In this document: piece by piece, positions 13,901 to 25,600 of the stretch | Layout of the letters: each line of letters starts with the position of its first letter | How positions within the stretch are numbered: the first letter of the stretch is position 1 | Notes under the pieces: generated by a model | The model's input: the letters and a program-made list of their open reading frames with translations, nothing else | Told to the model about the DNA's origin: nothing | The model's database searches: none | Assembly: GCA_043228905.1 (NCBI GenBank) | Contig: JBHGNT010000012.1 | Location: 62,001-126,000, forward strand | Direction of reading: 5' to 3' | Source: Azolla caroliniana | Lineage: Eukaryota; Plantae; Polypodiophyta | Length of the DNA: 64,000 nucleotides | Translations under genes and position numbers: made by a program

Positions 13901-14297
13901 ATGAGAGATTTTCTGTGGATCAAAGAAAAGTTAAGGAAATTTCTGCAGGATGAAGGATTCTTCCACGTTAATCAAAGAAAAGCTTGTATATGGATCAAAT
14001 TACAGAATAAATACAGAAATTTCTGCAGGGATGAACAAGGGTTATCCACATAAATACATTTTAACATTCAAACAAAAGCTATGGATCAATGAAGAAGAAT
14101 TACGGGGAATATTTAGATGATGACAAAAGAAACATAATTACCAGATCAACGAGAGCTGCCGCCTTGTTGTATTCATGTGGAAGGTCCTGGCTACGGATGA
14201 ATCCACGTGAAGGACCAACAACGTTGGTTGAATGTGCAGAGGAAATTTCTTGCTGGTGCTTCCCTGCATGCTTTTTATCGAGCAATGGATCTTCCAT
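1978..14297 (-). CDS. TPC1: Two-pore cation channel (TPC1 family), first 10 coding exons; the gene continues left of the window
   Basis: GT-AG exons in consistent phase: 14297-14142, 12812-12669, 12297-12190, 12098-12003, 9248-9115, 8922-8865, 5119-4953, 3246-3141, 3045-2968, 2039-1978. Motifs matching plant TPC1: N-terminal dileucine [46 protein letters not shown], pore 1 [15 protein letters not shown] and [13 protein letters not shown]. Confidence 0.96.
4585..4935. repeat. Degenerate intronic tandem repeat
   Basis: The motif AAAGCAT.TATA.AGCCACTACTATTGT.AGGTTAAA.AATTATACAGAAAAAAA recurs about 4-5 times. Confidence 0.75.
5835..7168. mobile_element. Non-autonomous hAT-like DNA transposon (about 1.33 kb) with captured LINE fragment
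   Basis: Imperfect TIRs TGATAATTGGCAAC / GTTGCCGATTCCTA. Subterminal GGCTC and AAACCG repeats at both ends. 8-bp TSD CGTGTATC (5827-5834) / CATGTATC (7169-7176). Confidence 0.7.
6353..6737 (-). mobile_element. LINE 3'-end fragment (same family as 48170-49590)
   Basis: Encodes [15 protein letters not shown]...[19 protein letters not shown] and is a near-identical reverse complement of about 49195-49586. Confidence 0.9.
7240..8470 (+). mobile_element. LINE 3' remnant of a second subfamily with repeated 3' tail modules
   Basis: [14 protein letters not shown]...[19 protein letters not shown] at about 7680-7800. The tail module TTGTTCTCAAAGATGAGACAAC...GGCCATTTTGG occurs at about 7255, 7415 and 8385. 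Segment 8090-8300 resembles 5600-5825. Confidence 0.75.
10409..10502 (+). pseudogene. Degenerate plastid 23S rRNA fragment (NUPT)
   Basis: GAAAGGCATAGTCAACGGACACAGGTTAATATTCCTGTACT...GAGGTTAGGTTAGCCAAAAGGTGG resembles the conserved plastid 23S segment GAAAGGCGTAGTCGATGGACAACAGGT.AATATTCCTGTACT...GGCTAGGTTAGCCGAAAGATGG. This match is recalled from memory, not aligned. Confidence 0.7.
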
Positions 14298-14627
14298 ATC
14301 CAGGAAGTTCCAGTAATCAACCAAAAAGAGATGCTTGAAACAATTCAGGTGAGAGGAAAGGTGGAAGAAGAAGCAATCAGGTGGAAGAAGAAGAAGAAAA
14401 AGAAGAAAAAGAAATAGGTTGAAGCAGAAGGCGATAAGTAAAAGGGTTCGAGAGGAGGCAGGATCAGATTTGCCTTTCTTTTCTTTCTTTGTTACTCTCT
14501 TTCTTTTCTTTCTTTTTTCTGTCTTATTTCTTCATCTGAGTAGATGGAGATGAATGTGATGAGCTAATTGCAGGCCACATTGAGAAGGAGGAGGAGGAGG
14601 AATCCATGGCGGTCTAGGGGGGGGCTT

Positions 14628-15235
14628 CTTTCACCGTAGTTAGTTTTAGTTAGTCTCTAAACTTGACTTGACTTGTCTATGCTTGACTTGACTTGTCTTA
14701 GCTTAGCTTAATGACAACCTCTCTTTATGGTGGATGTTCACACTTCAAGACTTGTACACACAATCTTTCACTATAGTTAGTTTTAGTTAGTCTCTACATT
14801 TGGCTTTGACTTTACTTGCCTTGACTTGGCTTTGGCTTGTCTTGGCTTGACTTGGCTCTGCTTGACTTGATTTGACTTGACTTAGCTTAGCTTAATGACA
14901 ACCTCTCTTATGGTGGATGTTCACACTTCAAGACTTGTACGCACAATTGAGAGAGAGAGGGGGGGGAGGGGGGGGAAGGACTTGGCTTGGCTTGGCTTGA
15001 ATTTACTTGACTTGACTTCGCTTAGCTTAATGACAACTTCTCTTTATGGTGCATGTTCACACTTCAAGCATTGTACACACAGTTGAGAGAGAGAGGGGGG
15101 GGGGGGGGGAGGACTTGGCTTGGCTTGGCTTGGCTCTACTTTACTTGACTTCGCTTAGCTTAATGACAACCTCTCTTACGGTGCATGTTCACACTTCAAG
15201 ACTCGTACACACAATTGAGAGAGAGAGAGAGAGAG
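14628..15235. repeat. Four-copy tandem repeat upstream of TPC1
   Basis: A core of about 65 bp (GCTTAGCTTAATGACAAC.TCTCTT...GTTCACACTTCAAG...GTACACACAAT) occurs at about 14701, 14885, 15020 and 15153, separated by CTTGA/CTTGG pentamers and GA/G runs. Confidence 0.9.
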
Positions 15236-18200
15236 GAAGGACTAAGTACACTTGGCCAAGATGTGTGGTGACTTGACCCAATCATTTGTTTCTCCTCACG
15301 AGAGCAGGTGAGTTAACATCAAACTAGACTAGACACCCGGAACAAAACAATATTTTGGCGATTGCCTCCTTCCTTCCTATCGCAATGTGCCCTACTAGCT
15401 TCTACATAGACGATCACGACGGTTTTTTTATAGCTTTTTCGCTGCAATAGCCATATAATGCATTTGTTGAGATGTGCAAGAACCATATAATGTATGAGTC
15501 GAGTAGCTTCTGCGTAGCCGAACATGATGGTCTCATTGCTTTTGTGTTGCAACATATGCAATAACACAATATGTGAAGTTTTGCAATCATCTTTTCAAAC
15601 CCCCATTCAATTCAATTATGTATAGTTTAAGGCATATGCTCATCCAAATGTGGCTCAATTCATAAACTTGTTGGATGGGCAACCAAATGATTGTGCATTC
15701 AATCATGCCATTCCTCACAAGCATCTACTAAATCAATGGTGAGGAGATTTTATCTGTGTCGACGGGTCGATAAAAGCATGGCTTGGTGGTAGAGTAGAAC
15801 CTCGGTCTAAAAACAAAAAAGAGAAAAAGGTTTATCTCATGGGAAGAGATTGAGAGATCCAAACATACGTAAATGCGAATTGATCATGAATTGTGTGGCG
15901 CGCCTATGTCCCGCTCGCGTTTCACTTTTTTGATAATGTTATAAAATCTATTGAAAAGTTATTTCCACCTACCATCTCACAAGTGGGCACATAATTTGAC
16001 ACAAACTTTGTTAGGTTTGGATCATGTAAGAGAGGGTCTAAACATATGTCCCATATATCCGTGGAAATTTCTCATATTTCCTATTATTTCTTGGAAACTT
16101 GTCAACGTCAACTATTTATAAAATTTCTCGACACTTTTTAGGCTTGGATTGCTAGAATAATGTAAGCATAATGTGTCCTTTTTTTCGGGTCTAAATGAGA
16201 CTTTCACCGCGTGATGGCATCATGCAAAACTTTTAAAAAAATAGTTCTCTCTCGCATGTTTCCAAGTGTACGATTAGTGCAAACCTAATTAAGAAAATTG
16301 TTTTGTTTGTTTGTGCCAGATTGATGGAACTATATATGAGTGTGTTTTCCTTAACGACGACTTTGGCTCACTAATATATGCACTTCGTGTATGAGTATGA
16401 CCCTCATTTGAAAATCACTTTTATATAGTGGTTGAAGAGTATATAAGCACGTTCCACTTAGGTTTATATTAAACTTTGAAACTTTATTAGAGCTTTGTCT
16501 TACACGAGTTTTCATGATTTGATATATTTCTCAACACTTTATTGTCTATATGAAGTGACAAAAAACTCTTAAAAAGTTGGGTTCACACATGACTAGTGAG
16601 AGATCATTAACCAATATCGATTTTCTCTAATTTTCAGATCTCTACTTTGATTTTTTCCTTTTTATCTTATTTATGTATAGTGAATGTTATCCATTATTTC
16701 ATTAAATATAACCATAGATTGACATATTCGCATTCGTCGGGTTTCCCATTAGAATGCAAACGAATACGAATATGAATGGGTAGTCAAGTATTCTTTTAAC
16801 CATCCCTCCCCCCCAAAAAAAAAACTTAAAAAAAAAAAAATTCTTAAGATAAAAAAAAAGGAACTTAACAATAAATAGGGATAATAAAAGAGGGACTTTG
16901 GGGACTTGACACTACTAAAATTTTATAATAAATGTATAACTTATAAGTATTCGTTTTATTTTTAATAAATAAATTAAATAAAATATTTCCTCAAAATTTA
17001 TGGAAATGTTTATCTTGACATTAAAAATAGTACTTCAAATTAATCATATCTTCAAAGTTCATACTAATCATATTTGTATAATAAATATAAAAATATTCGT
17101 TTTAAAAAAATTAATTAATTAAAATAAGTTTCATAAACTCTCTTGACAGTATAATCTATTAATGAATAATTGTTTTTTTTGGTGAAATACATTTATTTAA
17201 ATAAATAAATAAATTTTTTATATTTATTTTACAAAACAAATGGTTTTTTAATATTCTTGGGGCCATTTTGTATTCTCGAATATTAAGAATATTGCGCATG
17301 GAGAATATCACGCATGTGTCAATCTATGAATATAACATATGTAGTAGTATCCCTATGGTGAAGCTAGTAATAAGTAAAATGTTACACGCTTTCCATGAAG
17401 GCGAGCACCGAAGCTATCTTTCATGGAAAAACTCGAGGACTAGAAGATATGTAAATTCTTACCAATAAGAATAGAAGGAGATTATCTCCAGGTTAAGTAA
17501 CGGATGTGTCAATCTCTTTGCACTATAAAGATCAATACATTTTATGTAGAAAAGAAACATTGATTTATTTTCGGATAATAATATGAGGTTTGTATCAATA
17601 GACCCAATTCACCTTTCTTTATCAAAATTCTCTGACAGTTATTGAGTGATTTTATTCTCGTACGTCCTTAACGCTATTAAGTTTAAAGTTTTCATGGGCA
17701 TTAAGGATTAAAAATGTATTTGTCAATAAAAGCAATTATCTTACTTTAAAGTGAAAACATTTTAGTTATTTTTCCTTTTTTTAATAATAAGTGAGATATA
17801 ATTGAACATTATGATTTTCAAATTAGCATATTCATTCAACGAACAAGTGATTGGAAAGCTTGTTAATTTGGGATGTGACTTTTCCCATCAAAGAGAGCTT
17901 CTAAAAGTATGCTTTGCCATTTGTTGGAATCAATAACATTGTTGAACAATGTTGCCTTACTTAGGGTTAAGATGTCAAACTCAACCATCTAGTACTCAAT
18001 TATAGAACGTTTGTTAAGTCCAAACTTGTAAATAATGTATGGGAGAAACTCTTCGTATTAAATCTAGTGGATATTGTATGATATCTCGATGCTCACTCTC
18101 GCATCAAGATAGGTTGGTTTAAACTTCTATACGGATGACACATGATGTTCTATATAAACGAATCTCCACTCATGCTTTTATGGTTGGTTATGCATTTATT

Positions 18201-19069
18201 ATTAGTGCATTGTTATCCTTGTATAATCAAGCCCCATTTTGTTAATACGTTGTCTTTGGTGACATTGTATATTTTCTATTCTCTCTCTCTCTCTCTCTCC
18301 AACAAACTCACTTAATTGAAATTATGTTTATTGCATATAATATACTTTATCCTCGATAGAATTATGTCTTACTTCTTTACATGCAATATAACATTCGCGA
18401 ATTATTTGTCAAACAAGGATATTGGAGGTACATTGATGAGTAAAACTTATAGATAATTGTTGAGATATCAAGCTCAACTAGGTTTAGTTATTTAGTCAAC
18501 CATGTAACTTAGTAGTTACATGAAATTAGAAGTGTTGACCTTAAAGCCTTAAATAACATTTTGTACTTGAGTGGGATACATTCTAGATCCTCCACTACCA
18601 AGTTCATTTAAAATAGGACGTACACCTTTGTACCTATATTCTCATCACACATATGCACCCTCGCACATGAGAAGTACATATATATACATATACCACATTG
18701 TGGGTATCGTTGTTTTTTTATGCTTATTAATATGGAGAAAGGTCTTTAGCTACACACTTGTTAATCATCCCCCGTCTATCTTATTGTTCATAAGTGCATC
18801 TTCCTCCCACACATACACACACATATCACATAATCATCTCCTGCTTAATCACATACGTGATTAACTACTCATATAATTAGTTACTAATTAACCCTTAGTT
18901 AATTACCTAATTATTAACAATGATGCCCAAAGACATGCATACATATTACTTGAGTTGGAAGTATTGTGTGAGTCATGTGATGCACTATTTGTCAACTTGT
19001 AAGCACAACCACATACTTCTCTATATGCCAAAGGACACATGGAACAACAAGAACATTGCGAAATAACAA

Positions 19070-19700
19070 GATTGAGATCGTCATGGTCGTGGTCATGACA
19101 CGACATGTGACAAAAATCATGACCACACGAGAAGGAATCAATATCATCATGGTTGCATCCTTGACGAAACATACAATGAAGGTCATGACCACAGGAGAAG
19201 AGATCATGATGGTTGCAATTACGACGAAGTTCGTGACCATGAGAGAATAGATCGAGATCATGATGTTTGCCACAACAATGCAACATGCGATGAAGATCAT
19301 CCATGAGAGAAGAGATCAAGATTGTGATGGTTGTAGTCATGACAAAACATGTGATGAAGATTGTGACCACAAGAGAATGGATCAATATCATCATGGTTGT
19401 AGTTGCAATGAAACATGCAACAAATATCATGGCCATGGGTGAAGAGATAGAGATCGCAATGCTCGTAGTTGTTATGAAGATCATTGTTATAAGAGAAAGG
19501 ATTGAGATTGTCATGGTTATGTTTGTGACAAAAAATGCAATACAGATTTGGACCATGAGAGGAGGGACCAAGATCGTTATGGTTTCAGTTGTGACGAAAC
19601 ACACAATGAAGATATTCACCGTACAGAAGGGATTGAGATAATCATGATTAAAATCATTATGAGTTGCATGACGATGATAGAAGATCGAATGAGGATCATG
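19070..19700 (+). repeat. Decayed tandem repeat with unit of about 60 bp and coding-like periodicity
   Basis: Recurring unit GAGATCATGATGGTTG...GACGAAACAT...ATGAAGATC...GACCA. One frame reads ERRDQDCDGCSHDKTCDEDCDH-like 20-mers. Confidence 0.75.
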
Positions 19701-20559
19701 AACAAGAGAGGAAGTTAGAAAATGATGAAGATTCTATACCTATATGTGATGAGTATGATTATGGTAATAATAAGGGTGCACAAGGTTTAGATATTGACCA
19801 TGGCAAGGGATTGATAGCATAATGATGATGGTTGTGACAAGAGTGAATAGAAGAATGAGAGCGAGGATCAACATAACGATAAGAGAGTTAACGATTTTGA
19901 ATATGATGAGGATGTGAATGTATATTGATGTTCAAGCAATAATAAATGATAGCGATTATAAGGGTTGATAATGATGTGATTAAAGAATTTGTTAATGAAT
20001 TCATTAACTGTAATGAATCTATGGATTACTATGACGAGACAAACAACAAGTATCTTATGTGTGGTGAAGAATACAAGATTAACTTGGCTCAGAATTTCTT
20101 GAGAGGGTTGAAATCCCAAGTGTAAGTTTCCAATTGAGTATGTGTTATGTGATTGGTTTAAATGAACTCAACCTAATGTAAATGTCATAGGGTAATACTT
20201 TAATAAATATAGAAGTTGGAAGGTGTGTGGGTTGTTGACTCCTAGAAACTCAGTAAAAGAACACTTTTGGGAAATTTAAAACTTTTCACAATAGGACTTA
20301 GAAATGTTACCACCCATTAGAGAAGCATTGGCTTCATCAAGGTGTTCATTTTTAAAAAGGCATTTCATGAGAACCCAACCATTGCATAGAATCTTCAAAT
20401 GCATAATAAGCTCCCTTTCCTCCCTCTTTTGATGGAGCTTCAAGGCCATGGTAATTAAAGTTCTCTATAGTTTCGTGTGGCTCATTATTGATGTGTTGTC
20501 CTTCATGGCTCTTCATTTTAGAACTATTGATACTTGATTTAATATATATGCAAAACTCT

Positions 20560-21130
20560 TCCAATGCCTACATAAGCTTTTGTACACATTCTAAATGAAT
20601 TGCAAAAGCACCACAACTGCGTACAACAAAAGCATGATGCTACAATCCCAATGACAATTTCTCAAATGATTTCTTCCATTATAAAGTCGGTAACCACTCG
20701 TTCTATTTCATCAATGCATAGACCAATTTGAGTTGGTGAGAGTGGATGTCCTTGCTTAACAACAATAGTGTTGTTTAAATAATATGAATTTCTATCGGCC
20801 ATATGCACACAACGTATAACCCTCCCATAGATTCGAGAAATTGCAACCATACATTCACTTAGTACCTTGAGTTCTTCAATGCGCATGAGGTGCTCACAAG
20901 GGTACCATGTAAAAACGTTATTAGAGTCTAAAAAACAATGACAAAAACTCTTACCTTCTGAATTAACTTATTCTTCGAATACTCAAAGGGTGACAATGTG
21001 ATTGATGATGCTACGATTGTTTCCGAAAGTTTGCTTTTCCACAAACTCTCTTTAATGTTCTTGTTTTCAGCCCATGCACCTATCTTTCGATGCCATTACA
21101 CATCAAAATAGGCGTGTTCACCATCTAGTA
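20560..21130 (-). mobile_element. Degenerate LINE RT fragment (RTE/RTEX-like)
   Basis: VKQGHPLSPTQIGLCIDE in ORF 20662-20886, flanked by degraded RT motifs. Confidence 0.75.
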
Positions 21131-21171
21131 TTGCCCAATAGATGTCCACCACACGGGGTTCATTGTTATGC

Positions 21172-22145
21172 ATTTAACGAGGGTGAGGCTGTTCGGCCAA
21201 TACGACACTAACACTAATGCTAACACGAATATAAATACAAATACAAGTACGGAGACTAATTTTGATCAAAATACGAATGCTAACACTAACACTAACACTT
21301 CATCCTAATGCTAAACCTAATATTGACACTAATATTTAACGAGGGTGAGGCTGTTCGGCCAATATGACACTAACACTAACACTAACACGAATATGAATAC
21401 AAATACAAGTACGGAGACTAATTTTGATCAAAATACGAATGCTAACACTAACACTAACACTTCATCCTAATGCTAAACCTAATATTGACACTAATCCTAA
21501 TCTTAATACTAATACAAGTACGAATACTAACAATAACATTGACACTAACACTAACACTTAATCCTAATCCTAATCCTAATCTTAATACTAATACAAGTAT
21601 GAATACTAATTTTTTGATACAAATACGAATGCTAACACTAACACTTAATCCTAATATTATCACTAATCCTAATCCTAATTGTAATCTTAATATTGACACT
21701 AATCCTAATATTATCACTAATCCTAATCCTAATCCTAATCTTAATACTAATACAAGTACGAATACTAATTTTGATACAAATACGAATGCTAACAATAACA
21801 CAGACACTAACACTTAATCCTAATCCTAATCCTAATCCTAATATTGACACTAATCCTAATCTTAATACTAATACAAGTATGAATACTAATTTTGATACAA
21901 ATACGAATGCTAACACTAACACTTAATCCTAATGCTAATTCTAATATTATCACTAATCCTAATCCTAATCCTAATATTGACAGTAATCCTAATCTTAATA
22001 CTAATACAAGTATGAATACTAATTTTGATACAATTACAAATGCTAACGCTAACACTAACACTTAATCCTAATGCTAATCCTAATATTATCACTAATCCTA
22101 ATCCTAATCCTAATATTGACACTAATCCTAATCTTAATACTAATG
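21172..22145. repeat. Hexamer-based satellite (TAATCC/TAACAC/TAATAC) with higher-order units
   Basis: 6-bp periodicity. The marker TTTGAT(A)CAAA recurs at about 21261, 21423, 21613, 21770, 21891 and 22024. The first two units of about 160 bp are near-identical. Confidence 0.95.
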
Positions 22146-22206
22146 ATATTAAAAGTATCTCAGTTTTATCCAAATTTCAGGCCGTTCTTTTTCAACTCGC
22201 TCTCTT

Positions 22207-22245
<39 letters not shown>

Positions 22246-22271
22246 AGACCAGAATCAGAACGCAGACGAAA

Positions 22272-22298
22272 TTAGGGTTTGGAGCGAAATTAGGGTTT
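22272..22298. promoter_or_regulatory. Two telo-boxes (AAACCCTAA) in the SF3B6 leader, preceded by a (GA)n tract
   Basis: TTAGGGTTT at 22272-22280 and 22290-22298; (GA)n at 22211-22242. Telo-boxes are typical of plant translation and RNA-processing genes. Confidence 0.75.
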
Positions 22299-22322
22299 GC
22301 AGAGGCGGAAGAAGGAGCAGCG

Positions 22323-22697
22323 ATGGCGACAATCAGCCTGCGCAGAGGAAACGCTCGCCTCCCACCTGAGGTGAACCGCGTCCTGTATGTCCGTAACCTC
22401 CCGTTCAACATCACCTCTGAGGAGATGTATGATATATTCGGGAAGTATGGAGCCATCCGACAGATCCGTATGGGAACCAGCAAAGATACTCGCGGCACAG
22501 CCTTCGTTGTCTATGAAGACATCTACGATGCTAAGAACGCTGTCGACCATCTCTCTGGTTTCAATGTCGCCAACCGTTACCTCATCGTTCTTTACTACCA
22601 GCAAGCTAAGATGTCGAAGAAGGTGGATATGAAGAAGAAAGAGGACGAGATCGCAAAGATGCAGGAGAAGTATGGCGTTTCCACCAAGGAGAAATGA
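22323..22697 (+). CDS. SF3B6: Splicing factor 3B subunit 6 (p14/SF3b14a), 124 aa, intronless CDS
   Basis: [49 protein letters not shown]...[36 protein letters not shown] is the canonical p14 RRM. Confidence 0.98.
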   Translation: MATISLRRGNARLPPEVNRVLYVRNLPFNITSEEMYDIFGKYGAIRQIRMGTSKDTRGTAFVVYEDIYDAKNAVDHLSGFNVANRYLIVLYYQQAKMSKKVDMKKKEDEIAKMQEKYGVSTKEK

Positions 22698-25600
22698 GGT
22701 ATGTCAAGCTAGCTACCTTTCTGCAAGTTTCCACCCCCCCCTTTCCATCTTTCTTGTCCTTTTGCGCCTTTCTTTCAGACGGAAATAACTGTGTTTCGAC
22801 TGTAGAAGTAAAATTGTGTTCTTGAGAAGTGCTGTTTAGTAAAACTGCAGTTTCAGCATCTCTCCATTTTATTTTTTTCCTGAAGAGAAGCATCCATCGT
22901 GTGCTTTTGGCTCTTATTCTTCTAAAAAGAAACATGGGCTCTCGATTTGATTTCTCTTACCGAAGAAAACGGGCAGGCCATTTTGATCTTATTGACGACC
23001 TTGGTATCTTGTGATTTTTCAATGCAACCTCTTGTTTACTTTGTATGATGAGTATGTTAATCATCTTCTGCAAATGATGAGACGTCCTCATCATTGTTTG
23101 TTCGTTTTTTATATCTTCTTTCTGAAGAAGAAGCACAAGCTTTTTTGGTGTATAAACAGTCATTTATTTTTGGGGAATCGTCTTAATTTTGGTACTATCA
23201 AATATTTTTCTTTATCGCCGATCTACTCTGAAGAAAGGCACGAGCTTTCCTTCGTAAGATGAGCTATCTGTTTGAAAAGTCTCTGCATATCTTATGGTCA
23301 ATTGTTTCTTAATATGGTGTTTCGATAATGATGGACTTAGCATTCTATATCTTCCTCAGTTTCGGTCATTGATTCTTGAAGTTTAAGAAAGATGTAAGGC
23401 GTGTTGCATGCAATCTGTGGAATATTTGTGAGATTTATTGTTTCTATTTCAAAAGCCTTTGCAAATGCAAAGAAGTTTTTGTTTTTCTCTCATGTAGTAA
23501 GTAGTTTGTTTCCACAGGGAAACCACAAGCTTAGTGGTACCAAGCTTCCTTTCTTTGTGTTTTTATAATTCATCTTTGTCTTAAGGAAAGCCACAAGCTT
23601 TCTGAAGAAAGCCGTTTTGTACCCAGGGGAAATGAGGGTAGTGTTGGTATTTATTGTTTCATTTCTCTTTTTCTGTAGAAATGCCACAATGGGATTTCTG
23701 AAATAGGCATGCCACATATGCACATGTTGCAAAAATTGCTGTGTTCTGTTGAGAGAGATTCTAGGTTCTTTGTACCTTCAGTGTTTCCACAAGAGTTAGC
23801 TTAACAGTCTTTGTTTGTCTTCATTTCGTTCATCTATTCTTGAGAAAAGGTATTAGCTTTTTATGTGATTGATCATGCTGTCTTCTTTCTATTTAGAAAT
23901 TTGCTATGTTGCCCAGAGATTTTCTCAGTTTGTGATTTTTCTTGGTTTGATAAGTAAGACATTTCCACAAAGTTATTGTCCTATAGTTATGCTCGTTTAG
24001 TTACTCTTTTCTCTCAAATACTAGCCTTTGCCTTATATCTTTTTACAAAGCACTAAGCACTGCTTAGTCAAGTTAGCTTCCTTGGTTGCTTTTTAGTGAA
24101 GGTATTGTCTAGTTTCCTTCATGCTGATAAGGTTGAGTATTTTATCATTTTCAAGGTAGGACTGTTTATTGAAGGTTGTCCGTGGCTTTATATGGTTCTT
24201 TGTTTTGCCAGAGCAAATCGAAGGATGACAACAACTACTATACTTGGAGCTTGTCGACTTGGTTGTTAACTAAGAGGCGATAAAATACAATCGAAATCCA
24301 TACACAAAGAGTCAACATTACTCTGGAATACCTTCTAGACATTTACATACACGTGTAAGGTCAAAAGCTTAAATGGGTGACCTGTTCTTATTGTATATCA
24401 AAATCTAGTCTCATTTTATCATTCATTGCTTCCTCCTGTTTGAGCTGACTTATATTTCTGGTGAACAATGTGATTGATCACATTGATGGCACTGCTTTTT
24501 GTTGCCTTCTTTTACTGTATTTACATTTCACTCTTGATGTTAGTGTTTAGAACAAGTTTTTGTCGATAATTTAAGAACATGGTAGCAAAGTGTGTGAATT
24601 TGATATCATGAATTGATTTTTACTAATTGGTAACATGTATGCTTAGATGAGCAAGTCTCTCTCAACGTATGGCGCGCAGTCATTCTCATGCAATGTTTTG
24701 TTGGCTCTCCATAGAAAATATAAGTTATGTTTATGATTATTGACAAATTGGTTCATCTTTGGTCAAGTCTGGGTGACTAAATGGAGGTATAAATCTGGGT
24801 GCTTTTGATTTTATGTTAGCTCTTGGTTACAATCCAAAGTGTATATCATGGAGATCATATTATGGGTGTTCTATTGTGCTGTCTATAATTCTCCTCCAGC
24901 TATTTGACCTGGATGAATACAACTAGGAATTTCTGGAAAAAGTCAATTCTTTGGGTCTATGATTCTTGGTCCACTCCTAAAGCTGGTGGTATAACTTGGT
25001 TTGAATGGGTATGTTGTCTTAAGCTTGGTTAGGGAAGCCTTAAAGGGCGGTCTTGTACTTACCTTTCAAAGGTGTTTTATATTGCTTTGAACAATCCATC
25101 TCCAGCTTTTTAAAGCTTTGTTAGGTTTGATTTGGGAAGCCTTAAAGGGCCGACTTGTTCTTAACTTTAAACATACCATCTTCATAGCAATGGTGTTTCC
25201 ATATGAACTTTAGTATAATGACAGTGGAACTAAGTCTTTTGGGCTATTTTTTTGCACAGTATGTTGATATATATCAACCATACAAAGTTGTGTATGGTAA
25301 AAGCCATGTAACAATTATTTGACAGCTGCATTGAAAGAGAAAATGTAAAATCAATCTGCTCAAAAAATATAATCATTTCAAGTTGTTTGATAGTCCAAAG
25401 TACAATCACAAATCAGTCTATTTCTCTAAATATGGAACAATTACAAAATAGTTTTATGCTGGTACTATAGCGAGTTTTAATTGTATGCTTAAATTGTCAA
25501 ACTTGTCTTTGTGCTATGTGCAATGCCATCCCACCTTTGTACTTGATAGAATGGTTTACACAATTTATATTGTCAATCATAAACATTAAAAATGTGCTGT

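Noticed and set aside
14628-15235. CRISPR-like repeat/spacer appearance
   Set aside because: The repeats are about 65 bp and degenerate, the linkers are low-complexity and related to each other, there are no cas genes, and the context is eukaryotic.
18903-19641. 238-aa and 112-aa hydrophobic ORFs as membrane proteins
   Set aside because: They are shadow frames of a decayed 60-bp repeat with no recognisable domain.
21454-22173. Many ORFs on both strands (LILILI, NPNPN)
   Set aside because: They are translations of a hexamer satellite.
22071-22322. N-terminal extension of the 208-aa ORF
   Set aside because: It is derived from satellite and (GA)n sequence; homology begins at ATG 22323.
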